Shown here in pieces: positions 1-11,650 of a DNA stretch of 64,000 nucleotides. Location of the stretch: the NCBI GenBank assembly GCA_965240325.2, contig OZ251244.1, forward strand, positions 1,240,001 to 1,304,000, in the 5' to 3' direction. The notes under the pieces were generated by a model. That model saw nothing but the letters and a program-made list of their open reading frames with translations. It made no database searches and was not told the DNA's origin. The stretch comes from Rebecca billardiae RCC1528 (lineage: Eukaryota > Protista > Haptophyta). Each line of letters starts with the position of its first letter. Positions within the stretch are counted from its first letter, which is position 1. Made by a program: the position numbers and the translations under genes.

Positions 1-2005
1 CGCTCGTGGCGTCGCTTGGCGACGCGGGCGCGGGCGCGCCGCCCAAGCCGGCCGAGGACTCGGCGGAGGAGATGCGCCGGAAGCGGCTCGCGCGCTTCGG
101 CTGAGGCGGCGCGGGCGCGGGCGCCGCCGCCGCCGGCTTCGCCGGCCCTGGTGCCGGAACGAGACAACCGACGAAGATTGGAAGCAGTCGATGAGCCGTC
201 AGTGCACGGCGCACGCCGCCAGCGCGCCGCCAGCACCGGTGGCGGTGTCCGTCTGGGCCCTGGCTGGGAGCACTGGCGGGATGGATGATCAGCCGTCTGA
301 GCCATCGGTCTCCGAGCCGCTGACGCGCTGCGGATCCGCGCGCCGCGCCGGGACGGCGCGACTCGGAGGCCCCGGACCCCTCGGTCTCGGCTCACCGGGC
401 CGCGCCGGCCGGTCGCCTTCGCTGACGCCCGCTCCGGTACGAGCCCTGGTACGGCTACTACGCGTCGACGCGAGTAGCTTGAGTGTAATGATGTACACGT
501 TGTCGATGATCTACTAGCCTGAGTGACGATGACAAGGCTGGAATCGGGTTTGAGCGTATGCCTGCAGATGATGATGCAGGAAAAAATCAAGTTGTCGAGC
601 CCACCGCCAGAAAATCAAGACGTGGGCGCCACACCCGCCCTCTTATTATTGGTCAGCATGGCTGCCTGGCCGGCGGCGGCGTGGTCCACAGCGAGCGTAG
701 GCCGGGAATTTACGCACTGGCGGTGCGGTTGTGGCGGCGCAGGTGGCCTCAAATGTCGTCTGCGGGTATGCTCAGAGCATTGGGACACCTTGGTGGCCCG
801 CAACCCCGGCTACTTGCTTGCCGACTGCATGAGCGATCACGTGTCTGACCGTGTCGCAATCCCGCGTGCACGCGGCCCAACGTAGGGTGCTGCACATGTC
901 AGCAGATGGTATGCGACCAGATGTGGTTACGGTCCTGAGCAATGCTCTTGGTGAGGAGTCGAGAGTGGCTCCACCGCTCGTCCGGTTGTCGAGTTCTCGG
1001 AGCAAGTCACTCTTTGCGTGCTCAAGCAGCAAAGCGTCGTCTTCGATGAGCCTTTCCGCTTGCTGGAACGCGAGCATTCGCAATGAGCGCGGGCGGCTTG
1101 ACCAGGTCAGAGCGCCTCCGCTGCGATGGCACTGTCTCGAGAGTCCAAGGGACTTCATGATCGCTATCGGATATTCGTGCGCGCATCGCCGCTGCTGTTG
1201 ATCACCACCGCCTGTGCAGCTCGTGCGCACTCTCACTAATACTACTCAGTAGCACGAGTCGGACACTGAGCGTGTGGGGCGCAATATGACGCCGACGAAG
1301 ACGATCCAGCGAGCATCGTTTGCCGACGAAACCTTGGCCATGCTCGTGTGGCTGTCCTTCAACCTCCCGCAGCGCTGCACCAACTTGACCTCTCGAGGTA
1401 CGTACGGCAGTGGTACGCTGGTGGACACCGCAGCATCAAGCAGATCCGAAGCCCAGTGCGCAGCTCGCGACAGCGGCGGTGCGTCCCAGCGGCAGCCGGT
1501 GCTGTCGCGGCTGAGGGAGGCTGCGCACATGGCGTCCTTTCTTGCTCGTCCTAACGACGACTGAGCCACCGTGACGTCTGACGATGACTAGTCGTCGAGC
1601 GGCGCAGCGCCGCCCGTCAGGGCCGCGCCGGCCGCGGCGCGCGGCGCGGGCGGTGCGGCGCCTGCGGCCGGCCCCGCGGCGCCGCTGCGCCGCGCACCGC
1701 GCGCCACGGCCCGCGGCGCTGCGCGCCGCGCTTGATTTATATATATTATTCAAGTCGTCATCTTGCTGATTCCGCTTCGATGTCAGGTCCCGGTATTCCA
1801 TCAGCCGCATCAGCAGGCATAGTATACAGAGCTATCCCGCTCCACCCTTGCGTGGCGGGGCGCACCCGCTCAGCCCCAGCGCCTCACTCACCTCGCAGGA
1901 GTCAGCCCGAGTCAAGGCTTGAGTCAATAAGGGCAGTCAGCCGTCACTCGTCAGGCCGCTCACACTCGCGGCTTACACTTGCTTGCTCGGTCGTGAATTA
2001 CGACA

Positions 2006-2134
<129 letters not shown>

Positions 2135-2288
2135 ACGACTACGTGGCAGCATCGGACAAGCGTCAGGCTCAGAGTATACATATATATACATGTATATATA
2201 TATAGTTATATTTGCTATAATGAGAATAAGAGACGCACAGTATCGTACTACAGTCGCACGAGTACCCGATTATCTGCCACCAAACTGG

Positions 2289-4942
2289 CACAGTGCCGGA
2301 AAACTGCTCAGGGTGACGTTTTAAGTTGTCCGCACCACTAGTCGAATCATCGGACAATTCTGAAGCGGTGCGCCTAAATTCGGCGCACCATAGGCGCGTC
2401 GAATCGTGGCACAGACCTTGGTAGCAGGCCACACCTGAGCGCGCTGCGCGCGCCGACGCGCGCTCGGCGCGGGCAAAAAATCATGCGCCGTTGGCATTAC
2501 GCAGCCCCGCGCAGCGCTGTGCTCGAGCTCGGCGGCGGCGAAAGCGGGCGGGCGCACACGGCGGTGCCCGTGCGCGCTGCTCCGAGCGCAGCTGCGGCCA
2601 CCCCGGCGGCATAACGCCGGTCGAGGGCACGAAAACCGATTTTTCGGGAAAATGCAGAGCAGCGGCGCCCGAGCGCGCCCGAGCTCGTCGCAGCACAGTC
2701 TCCTGGTGGCTGCGCCCCGTGAAGCCACGCCACGCGGGGCGCTGGCGTGCGCGTGGCCTGCGCCCACCGTGCGCTGCCCGATCATGGCCGTCGACCGCTC
2801 CGAGCGCCTCACCACGCGTGCTCGAGCCCACCGATACTGACGCCCGAGCACGGTGCCGGCAGCGCTCGCAGGTGGGCGTCGGAGAAAACACGCCGGCCGA
2901 ACGAGCTTGAAGCGTCCGCCGCGATGCCAACGGCAGCGGACGACGTGCGCGCCACCTCGGCGCCAGTCGCCCAGCCCTTGCGCGGCGGTGCGGGCTCGCT
3001 CGTTCGCCGCCATCAGCTGCGCGCGCGCAGCCCGATCACTGCCCGCTGGTTCTGTTGTCGAGCAGCTGCGGCCTGCCACGCGCACTGCCGGACATTGAGC
3101 CACAGCGCGAGCACGCGCCTCGTCTGGCACGCGCGAGCACTCAGCATCGTGCGTGGCCACCATGACGCGCCCATCTGCGCCAGCAGCGATGAGCACGCCG
3201 CCGTTCAGCTCGCATCGGGCTCGCTCGCGACGCAGCAACGCGCGGCCGTAGCGGCAGCAGCGGCGCCGTCGAGCACGCGCAGCAAACAAATATGCAGCGC
3301 GGGCGAGTCGACGGTCTGGAAAATGCGCGATCACGCCACAGCAGGCTGGCAGAGCCCGCCCGAGCTGCAGCATGCCGTAGGTGCTGCCCCAAGCTCTCGA
3401 CTGCCCGTAAGCGGCGGCATGTGCGGCGGCGCCGGCGGCGGCCATGCTGCCACGCCGTTGCGCGCCGCGGGGCGCCGTCGGCACCTCCGTGGTGAAGCGC
3501 ACAGAGCTCGAGCCCACGGGGGCTGGCGACCGTCAAACCGACACCCCATGACGCGGGGCTGCGTGCGCCAGCTGCGCGCACTCCGTGGGCCCACCTAGCC
3601 CGCTCGAGCAGCTCGCCTTGGGTGCGCGCAGCGGCTCGAGCACACTGGTATGGGACGCCTGCCTGCGGTGCCGCCGAGCACATGCGGCCGACGGTCACTC
3701 AGCACGGGCGACTCGACGGCGGCGAGCAGGCGCGACGGCCTCGCCGCGCCGCGGAAAAGCCTGCCCGGGCTGCAGCACGCCGTAGGAGCAGCCCAGCGCC
3801 CTCCTCCGCCCTCCAGCTTCGGCGCGCGCAGCAGGCCCGGCGGCGGCCATGCTGGCGTGCCCAAGCATGAAGATGGGCGCGGCCGGCCGCGCCGTCGCAA
3901 AGCGCGCAGAACTCGAGCTCGGGGGGGCGGACGGCCGCCAAACTGGCGCGGCAGGACGTGGCACTGCGTGCGCCAGCTGCGCGCACCCGCTGCGCCCGCG
4001 TGGCCCGTGCGAGCGCCGCGCCTCGAGCACACGCAGCTGCTCGACACAGCCACGGCAGTGTGGCTTGTGCGCGTGCACGTGATCAGTCTCAGCTCTGAGG
4101 CGCGCGCTCAGGAGGGCTGCGGCCGGGCCGAGCGCGATCTGCGCGGACGGTACAGCCTGGCGGCTCATGCCAGCCAGCCCAAAGCCCGCTCCGCCATCCG
4201 CGTCATGGCGCTCCAGCCTCTCGCGTGCTCGCCCGTGCTGCGCTGCAGCCGCGCTCGGCAAAGACGTCGCCCAGCCCGCCTTGCACGCGGCTGAGCAGTG
4301 GCAGCCAGGCGAAGCGTCGTCGCGGGCGAGGCTGCGCTGGGTGATGCGGCTCGGGTCGGTGGGCAAGTCGCACCCCGCCGTCGGTCGCCTCCACGCCTCA
4401 GGCTCGCTCGAGGTCAAAGACAACTGCGCGGCGCGGCGTTTCACCCGATGCGGCGCGGGCGGGCCGCGGGCGTGGCGGGGTGTACGCGTGCAATGTCACA
4501 GCCTCCCACACAATTTCAGGAGGGTGAGACGCACCGCCAGCGGCACCCGCACACAATCCCACCCTGCGCGAGCCACCTGCCGTGTCGACTGAAGCATCAG
4601 GCTCGGGCGCAACCGCGGGCGGCGCATGCAAGAAGCTCGCGAAACGCACCGCGCGCGCCGTGAGGGCGAAAGGAGAGCACCCGTCAGGGCGGCGAGGAAC
4701 TTGCCCAGCGCCACGCGGAAGACGACCCCAGCCCGCGTCGACGCATAGTCGGGCCCGCGAGCAGCCTCGTCGGTCTTCGCCGAGTAGATCGCGCCGCGAG
4801 CCGAGGCACCGCTCGTTTGAGGCTCCGTCCGCCGCGAAGTCGCGGCTTCCACCCGAGTTCCACTGTCCGGCCGAGACCGGATTCGCTGACTCGAGCTGCG
4901 GACCGTCCGAAGCGTCACGGAAAATTCCAATCCTGCACTGTG
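2289..4942. mobile_element. Candidate non-autonomous CACTA/EnSpm-like (CMC) DNA transposon with CACAGTG termini
   Basis: Left end CACAGTGCcGGA-N12-GTGACG-N9-GTCCGCA. The right end reverse-complement reads CACAGTGCaGGA-N12-GTGACG-N9-GTCCGCA, with identical spacing. GG flanks both sides (possible 2-bp TSD). No recognisable transposase; the interior has a diverged duplication of about 410 bp. Confidence 0.55.
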
Positions 4943-5100
4943 GGGCCACCAATAATGTTCATCAGTGTCATCAGACAGTAGTAGTCAGTACTGGCTTACT
5001 CATAGTACTTACTGCCGTACCTCGGCCTCGGGAGCGACTCGCCGCTCGGCCGCGTCTAGATCGGGCATCCGCCTGGTATATACAGGAGCGAGATGCGAGA

Positions 5101-6585
5101 TTACACGCGTGGCAAGTGCGCGATGCGCGCGAGCGAGTGGACGCGCTCGTCAGCCTCGCCCGCTTCGGCGGCGTCGCCATCGTCAGCGGCGACGCTCAGA
5201 CCGAGGCCGAGCGCTGCCGACTGCGCGCCGCACGAGTACACGCAGCCAGACGCTGTGACGTACAGCGCGTGGTCGGCGCCGAGCGCGCAGTCCGTCACAC
5301 ACGTCTGCACGAGGGCAGCCACGCGCGTGGGCTGGACGACACTCGGTGCCGTCACGTCGAGCCCCAGCTTACCGGTGCTGTTGCCCCCGAACGTGTGCAC
5401 GCTGCCGTCCGCGCCCAGCACCGCGCTGCTCCAGAAGCCAGCGCACGCGCGCACGACGTGCACGCCAGAGAGCGCCTCGACGCATCTGGGCACGATCTGA
5501 GCGGCCTCAAGACCAAGCCCGAGGCACCCCTCCTCGCCCGCGCCAAACGCATGCACGCTGCCTGCTGCGTCCACCACCAGATTGTGCCACCCGCCCGCGC
5601 TCACGTGCACGGCGCGCATGCCCGCGAGCGCCTCGATGCGCGTCGGCGTGTGCTGGTTCTGCTGGTCGCCGTGCCCGAGCTGACCGAAAGCGCCGTGGCC
5701 GCACGAGTGAACGGCGCCGGCTGTGGAGAGCAGCAGCGTGTGCCACATGCCCGCGGCAACGCCGCCCACGCGCACGCCGTCCAGCGCCTCGACGCGCGTC
5801 GGCTCCCACCGCTCCTCCGTGTCGCCGTGGCCGAGCTGGCCCCGCCTGTTGTCGCCCCAGCTGTACGCGCAGCCCGCGGCGCTGAGCGCGAGGCTGTGCT
5901 GAGTGCCTGCGGCGATGCACACGACGGGCTGAGCCCCAAAGCCCCGCACTTGCTCGAACAGCCGACGCGTGGCCGTGTTCGCTAGCCCGAGCTCGCCGTG
6001 TCCGTTCCCGCCACACGCGTACACCGCCCCAGCATCGCTCAGCGCGAGCAGGTGGCAGCTGCCTGCGGCCACCGCAACCACGCACACCGCGCTGAGCGAG
6101 GCCACGCGCGTCGGTAGGAGCACCACGTTGACGCCGGGGTGACCCAGTGCCGCCTTCGAACGGTACTCTCCCGTCGGCTGCCCACCAAAGCCCTCCTCCT
6201 CCACCGCCTCCTCGCCGCACGTGTGCAGCCCGCCCTCCGCGTCCACAAATGCGCTCAAGCCAGCCTTGGTGAACCCGCCTGCGGCCACAACGCTCAAGTG
6301 AGCATGCGCACGCTCGAACACGCACTCGCGCGCGAAGAGCTCACCAGACCACGTGCATGATGAGCCTGTGAGCAGCTTGACGGGCAGGGCGCGTTCGTGC
6401 CCGCGCGCGCGCGCGCGCGCGCGGAGCGCCTGCTCGACAGGCGAGCGGCCGCCCGGCGCGCCGCGGAAGAGGCGCGAGGCGGCGTTGGCCGCGGCGAGAT
6501 GCCTCGGGGCGTCGAGGTGGTGCAGGATGCGCTCAATCAGCTCCGGGGGCAGGCCAGCCAGAGGCGGCTGCGACGACGAGCTCAT
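5101..6585 (-). CDS. F-box and RCC1-repeat (beta-propeller) protein
   Basis: N-terminal F-box LAGLPPELIERILHHLD..LAAANAASRLFR, then about 6 RCC1 repeats (e.g. VAAGSCHLLALSDAGAVYACGGNGHGELG, IAAGTQHSLALSAAGCAYSWGDNRRGQLGHG). Start placed at MSSSSQPP (6585); an upstream ATG at 6654 is possible. Confidence 0.9.
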   Translation of the reverse strand: MSSSSQPPLAGLPPELIERILHHLDAPRHLAAANAASRLFRGAPGGRSPVEQALRARARARGHERALPVKLLTGSSCTWSGELFARECVFERAHAHLSVVAAGGFTKAGLSAFVDAEGGLHTCGEEAVEEEGFGGQPTGEYRSKAALGHPGVNVVLLPTRVASLSAVCVVAVAAGSCHLLALSDAGAVYACGGNGHGELGLANTATRRLFEQVRGFGAQPVVCIAAGTQHSLALSAAGCAYSWGDNRRGQLGHGDTEERWEPTRVEALDGVRVGGVAAGMWHTLLLSTAGAVHSCGHGAFGQLGHGDQQNQHTPTRIEALAGMRAVHVSAGGWHNLVVDAAGSVHAFGAGEEGCLGLGLEAAQIVPRCVEALSGVHVVRACAGFWSSAVLGADGSVHTFGGNSTGKLGLDVTAPSVVQPTRVAALVQTCVTDCALGADHALYVTASGCVYSCGAQSAALGLGLSVAADDGDAAEAGEADERVHSLARIAHLPRV

Positions 6586-6687
6586 CGCGAAGCGCACACA
6601 GTGGCCGCGCGCTCGCCGATTAATTCGCGTCGCGTCGCGTTTTGCCGTTTTCATCGCCCGTCTGGTTCTGATAGAATGATGGCGGCG

Positions 6688-7842
6688 TCAGGCAGCGTGC
6701 GGCAGTACTACGGACGTGGCCTCCGCGTGCGCCTCGCTCTCCAGGTGGCGCTTGAGCTCGGGCATGTTGCGCGCGCTCACCTCCGCGCCCTGCGCGGTGG
6801 AGCACGCGGGGCACACCATCGGCGTCGTCGACAGCAGCCGCTCCACCGCAGGCGCGCCCGCGCGGCGCGTCTCCGCGTCAGCGCAGCCTGTCGCCTCGAG
6901 CTCGCGCAGCGCGCGGTCGAGCGGGAGGAAGAAGGGGGTGGCGAACGAGTTCCAGTGGCGCTTCGTCTTGAGCCGCTCGGAGCGGAGCTCCGCGCTGAGC
7001 AGGTGCACGTGCAGTGGGCGCATCGAGGGCACACGGTGCAAGCCCACGAGCGCCCGCCACCTGCCGAGCGCGCCGCTCACTCGGAGCGAGCGCTCCAGCC
7101 AGCCGGCGCACGACGCGGCGGCGCGGAGCGCCGGGGCGTGCTCCGGGCGCAGGTCGGCGGCGGATCGGACGCTCGGCGGCAGCCCGAGCGGCAGCAGCAG
7201 CAGGTGCACCGACGCCTTCGGGTACGCGTCGTACAGCACGAGCGTGCGCGAATCTGCATGCAGCGCGCGCCCGGTCGCAAGCGCACGCGACGGGTCGGCG
7301 GCGAGGCGCGCGAGCGCGTCGAGGCCCTCGGGCGCGGCGAGCGGCGGCGGCGGGGCGTACGGCCTCGTGAGCAGCGCCGCCGTCGCGTACGGCTCGTCGT
7401 CGTGCGATGCGGCCATGGCGGCGATGGCCGCTGGGATGGCCCCTGGGCTCTCAGCGTGTGCCGCCGCGGGCGCGGCGCATGCGCCCACGGCTTCGTCAGC
7501 CGTGCGCGCGCGCTTGGCGGCCGGCGGCCCGGTGGAGGGGGCGGCGAAGTCGAACGTCACGCGCTGGTACACGCCGAGCAGGCCGACGCCCTCGCCGCAC
7601 GCGAGCTCCGCCTCCTCGCCCGGCTCGATGGTCGCGCGGACCTCGCCGCGCGCGTCTGCCACCGCGGTGCGCTTGCCGACGGCGCGGACGCGCAGCGTGG
7701 CTCCGTCGGCGGCGAGGCAGGCGACGAGCTGCTCGCGCGGCACGTACGCACGCTGCGCACCCTGCGCGTGCGCGCGGCCCAAGCTCACCTCGACGCCCGG
7801 CGCGAGCACGAGGCGCTCGCCGTTGGGTAGGCGCACCGCCAT
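6688..7842 (-). CDS. APTX: Aprataxin (FHA-like + HIT + C2HE-type zinc finger)
   Basis: YDAYPKASVHLLLLP, GLHRVPSMRPLHVHLLS, RLKTKRHWNSFATPFF and CPAC...NMPELKRHL are aprataxin-family motifs. The N-terminal LGR...VPREQ segment resembles the APTX/PNKP FHA domain. Single exon, start MAVRLP. Confidence 0.92.
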   Translation of the reverse strand: MAVRLPNGERLVLAPGVEVSLGRAHAQGAQRAYVPREQLVACLAADGATLRVRAVGKRTAVADARGEVRATIEPGEEAELACGEGVGLLGVYQRVTFDFAAPSTGPPAAKRARTADEAVGACAAPAAAHAESPGAIPAAIAAMAASHDDEPYATAALLTRPYAPPPPLAAPEGLDALARLAADPSRALATGRALHADSRTLVLYDAYPKASVHLLLLPLGLPPSVRSAADLRPEHAPALRAAASCAGWLERSLRVSGALGRWRALVGLHRVPSMRPLHVHLLSAELRSERLKTKRHWNSFATPFFLPLDRALRELEATGCADAETRRAGAPAVERLLSTTPMVCPACSTAQGAEVSARNMPELKRHLESEAHAEATSVVLPHAA

Positions 7843-9686
7843 GCTGCCGAGAATCAGAAATCTCAAATCTCATGCTGGCGGATCTATTTTGGATTTTCAT
7901 ATCATTCTTTGCCTCGGTTACACGAGGCCCAATATACTGGAAACCCACGAGAACAAAGGCACGACTTCACGCTGGGGACCAGCCCGTCGCAGGCCTTTTT
8001 TTGACGCCCTTCTCCCCTGTCGGTCACATAAGCGGAATTCGCGTACCCACTTACGCGCTCGATAGGACGAAAGCCGCTCGTCGTTCGGTCAAAAGCCGCT
8101 CGTCGTTCGGCGCTTTGCGTACTCACATTCGCGCGAATCGCATCGGCGCATTGTCTTGTCGCGAGTTCACACTTCACATTCGCACGAACCGTCACTTTCT
8201 CGCTAGACAATTCACGAGCGAAAGGGCGCGCTGATAGCGGCACGCGGGTATCATCTTGCATTGGACTACGAGCATCGGAGCAACCTCGCGCGGCCTCGCG
8301 TCGACGACGTCCCGTGCAGGACACAGGCGGAGAGCCCACGCCATTCCAAGGGTCGCCCTTGATTGACGTCTCGTTCGGTCGCGCGACGAGCGGCTCGCGT
8401 GCGGCGCCAAGCGAGCGACGCGGGGCGCGCGGCGGGCGCACGCGCGAGGCTGCCCACCACGCGCACGCGCGCGAACCCGCCGGCTCGGGCGACACGCGCC
8501 GCCTCAGCTGGAGCACGAGCGCGAGGCGTGGCGCCGGCTCGGTGGGCGGCGGAGGGCTCGACCTGCACTGCGGTGCCAGCGGATGAAGCGGCAAGCCCGG
8601 CGGGCGCATACGCGCAGGTCCGCCCTCCACGCGCGAGCGCGCGACTGCGTGTTCCACGAGCTGCAGCAGGCGGCCGCGGGCTGGTCGGCGGCCGGCGAGG
8701 TCGGCGGAGTGCCGCCCGGCCCGCGTTCTCGCTTGGGCGCGGGCCACACTCTCACTCACAGCGCGGGGCGTGGTGCTGCGGACGGGCCGGTCATTGCAGC
8801 GCGCACTCCGTGGTCAGACGTGCACACGCGCGCGCGTCGTCAGCCCCGCCGCCGCGCCCCTGTGGCGCCGTTGGCAGCGTCGGAATTCCGAGCTCGGGCT
8901 ACTGGCTGCGAGCCATCATGCGTTTCAGAAACAGGTTTCCAGCCCAAGTTGACGCGCAGCGCCAACCCATATTATGATTAATAGACGGTTTCGGGGGGAG
9001 GTGTTTTCGTTCCATATCTCAGGCCCTGAACATCATCACAGAAACCCGGCACCGTTTGGTAGTACCACCCACTGCTAAAGGCAAACGTCACCCAGTCCGG
9101 TTGGGTGTCACCCACCCCCCGGAATGAGTATCACATAATTGTGCTTGAGTAGCAATCAATCGGTTGGTCCCGGCGGGAGACCCACATCACCCAACGGCGC
9201 TTAATGAAAAGGGGCGTAATCAGGTGCCTCGGACTGGTTGAGTGCTCAACGTCATCAAGTCCTCCGACAGCGTCTTTGCGTGGCATGACGCTTCCGGTTC
9301 CGGGCGCACTACATGGTAAAAGGCTTCGTGATGGCTCAGAATTCGACCGAGGCGCAGCGAGATGCACGCACAAACGAATCCCGGTGCGACTTTTGCACTT
9401 ATCAAGCAATCTGCGTGCCTCGTCAAGCCTATGACGCTGACGATTCGAGCGCACACGCACGGGCACAGGAAGACGCAACCCGAGCAATCACAGCGCCGCG
9501 TTGAGCCTCTTGCCCGTGACGCTTGGTTCCCCCGGTTGTGCTCGCTCAGCCGAGACGCTCGCGCCCTGCGCGAAGCCAGTTTGCGGCACCCCGGCCTTCG
9601 GACAGGCGCGCCGACCGTCGCGCTCACGACCGCGAAGCCGTACGCCCGGGCATCGCCAAGCAGCGCGCGCGCCCTCAGCCCGCAGC

Positions 9687-10964
9687 ATGCTCCCCAACGG
9701 CAGCTTCCCGCCCGAGCTCCGCCTCCCCGCCAGCCTCTCCGCCGACTTTGCCGACGCGGGCCTCGCGGAGCCCGGCGGCGCCCCGTCCCCTCACGGCCAC
9801 CCGTTCGGCACGCCAATCGTCTCGGCCGTCGGCGCGCTCGGCCGCGGCGGGGGCGCGATGCCGATCATGCTCGGCTCGCCACCCATGTCGCCCAGCGCCG
9901 CGCCCATGCGCGCCAACGCCGCCGCAGGGCCGGGCTCGCCCGTCGGCACCGCCGCGCCGCCGCCGCAGCTGATGACCACCGCAGCGCTCGCGCGCGCGGT
10001 GGGGCTGGGTGGCGCGATCGGCTCCGACACGGACGCCGACGGCGGCCCTTCGGACAAGGACGGCACGCCCTCCGGCCCGCGCGTGTACTGCGCCTTCCCG
10101 GGCTGCGCCAAGCACTACGCCAGCCAGGACGGCGTGCGGAAGCATGCCAAGCGGTACCACCAGGTCTGGCTCGCCGGTCTGGACGTGGAGAAGAAGCGGT
10201 GCGGCACGCCGACGCCGCCGGGCGAGGAGGGCGCGCCGCCGCCCGCGCGCACCGCCGCCGAGCCGCCGCTCAAGCGACGGAAGGCCTCGCCCAACTCGCC
10301 GCCGTTTGGCGGCGCGACGGCCGCGCAGCAGGCGGCGCGCGCAGAGCTGCTTCGGTCACGCATGCTCGACCCGACGCTGATCTCGCCGCTCGCGCTGCCG
10401 CTGCCGATGGTGCTCGCCAACGGCGGCGCGGGCGTCGGCGCGGCCAGCGGCACCGCCGGCACGCCGTTCCTCATGCTCCCGCCCGTCTCCGCCGCGTTTG
10501 CCAGCCTGACTGGCACGCTGCCGCCGCAGCCGACCTCGACTCAGCCGCAGCAGCAGCCGCAGCAGCCGCAGCAGCAGCGGCGGCGGCAGGCGCAGCCAGG
10601 CGTCGCGCTCGGCTCGCCCACCGACTCGTGTGGCGCGACCATCGCCACGCCCCGCCCCGGGCTCGACTGGCCGATCGCGCTCGACGCCTTCGCCACCGCC
10701 GGCTCCTCCGCCGCGCAGTCGGCGTCGGTGTCAACCGACGAGGCGGAGGCGGCGGAGGCGGCGCCGGCGGCGGCGGCAGCGCTGGCGAGCGCCGGCGGGA
10801 AGGGCAAGGGCGGCGCGACGGGCCAGCCGCTGCCGGCGGCCGTGCTCCTGCGCTCGCTGCTGCAGGCGGGCCTCATCTCGCCCGCGGCCGCGAGCGCGCT
10901 CCTAGCCTCTGGCCTCCCGTTGGGCGCGCCCGCCGCCGGCGCCGTGGACCCCGCGCTGGCACGC

Positions 10965-11004
<40 letters not shown>

Positions 11005-11650
11005 GCGGCACGAGCGCGCCGCCGCCCGCCCCGACGCCGCTCGCCGCGCCGCTGCACTTCGACGACGGCGAGCTCGAGGCCTTCTTCGACGATGCCCTCG
11101 CGCCGCCACCGCCGCCGCCGCGCGCGGGCACCGCCAGCGCCGGCGCGGAGGCGGCGTCCGGGCTGCCCCTGCCGGACGCGGTCCCTTTCGGCACGCCGGT
11201 GGTGAAGTGCACGCCCGGAGGCGGTGGCGCCGCCGCGCACCAGACGCCCACGCAGCAGCAGGCCGCGGACGAGGCCTCGGCCGGCTGGTGCGCGCGCGGC
11301 GGCGCGCTGCGATGCGCGCGCGCCGCGCCGTGCACGGAGCTACGCCGCCAGTGCGCGCGCGCGCGCGCCGGCCTCCATTTGTTCTTCATGTGTTCTCCGG
11401 ACTTGGCCCGAACAAGCGTGCGTTCTCCGCTCACCGTGTGCTATCGTCCCCGCTCCCCCGCGTCCGCGCGGCGCTGCGCGCCCCACCCGACGGCCGCAGG
11501 GTGGCCACGCTGATCAACTTCGGCTCGGACGAGGAGGATGGCGGCCGTGACGATGCGGATGACTCGCCCGCGCAGCCGTGGACCGCGACCGCCGTCTACG
11601 CCCAGCGCGGCGGCGCGGACGCAGCGGCCGACGGCCTGCTCGTGTCATGA
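9687..11650 (+). CDS. C2H2 zinc-finger protein, probable transcription factor; exons 9687-11287 and 11500-11650
   Basis: Zinc finger YCAFPGCAKHYASQDGVRKHAKRYH, NLS-like PLKRRK, and poly-Q/poly-A tracts. A GT(11288)..CAG(11499) intron joins the frames to give AGW|VATLINFGSDEED...stop 11650. Confidence 0.82.

Noticed and set aside
523-1569. Short ORFs near the window start (e.g. 772-1236 minus)
   Set aside because: Partly coding-like but fragmented, with no recognisable family or splice model.
4582-8065. Long plus-strand ORFs (4582-5985, 6397-7830, 6716-8065)
   Set aside because: They are antisense shadows of the RCC1 and APTX genes caused by high GC, with no domain motifs.
7975-9172. Possible TIR element (GGGACCA ends, subterminal AAAGCCGCTCGTCGTTCGG repeats)
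   Set aside because: The inverted match is only about 7-10 bp and no TSD was found.
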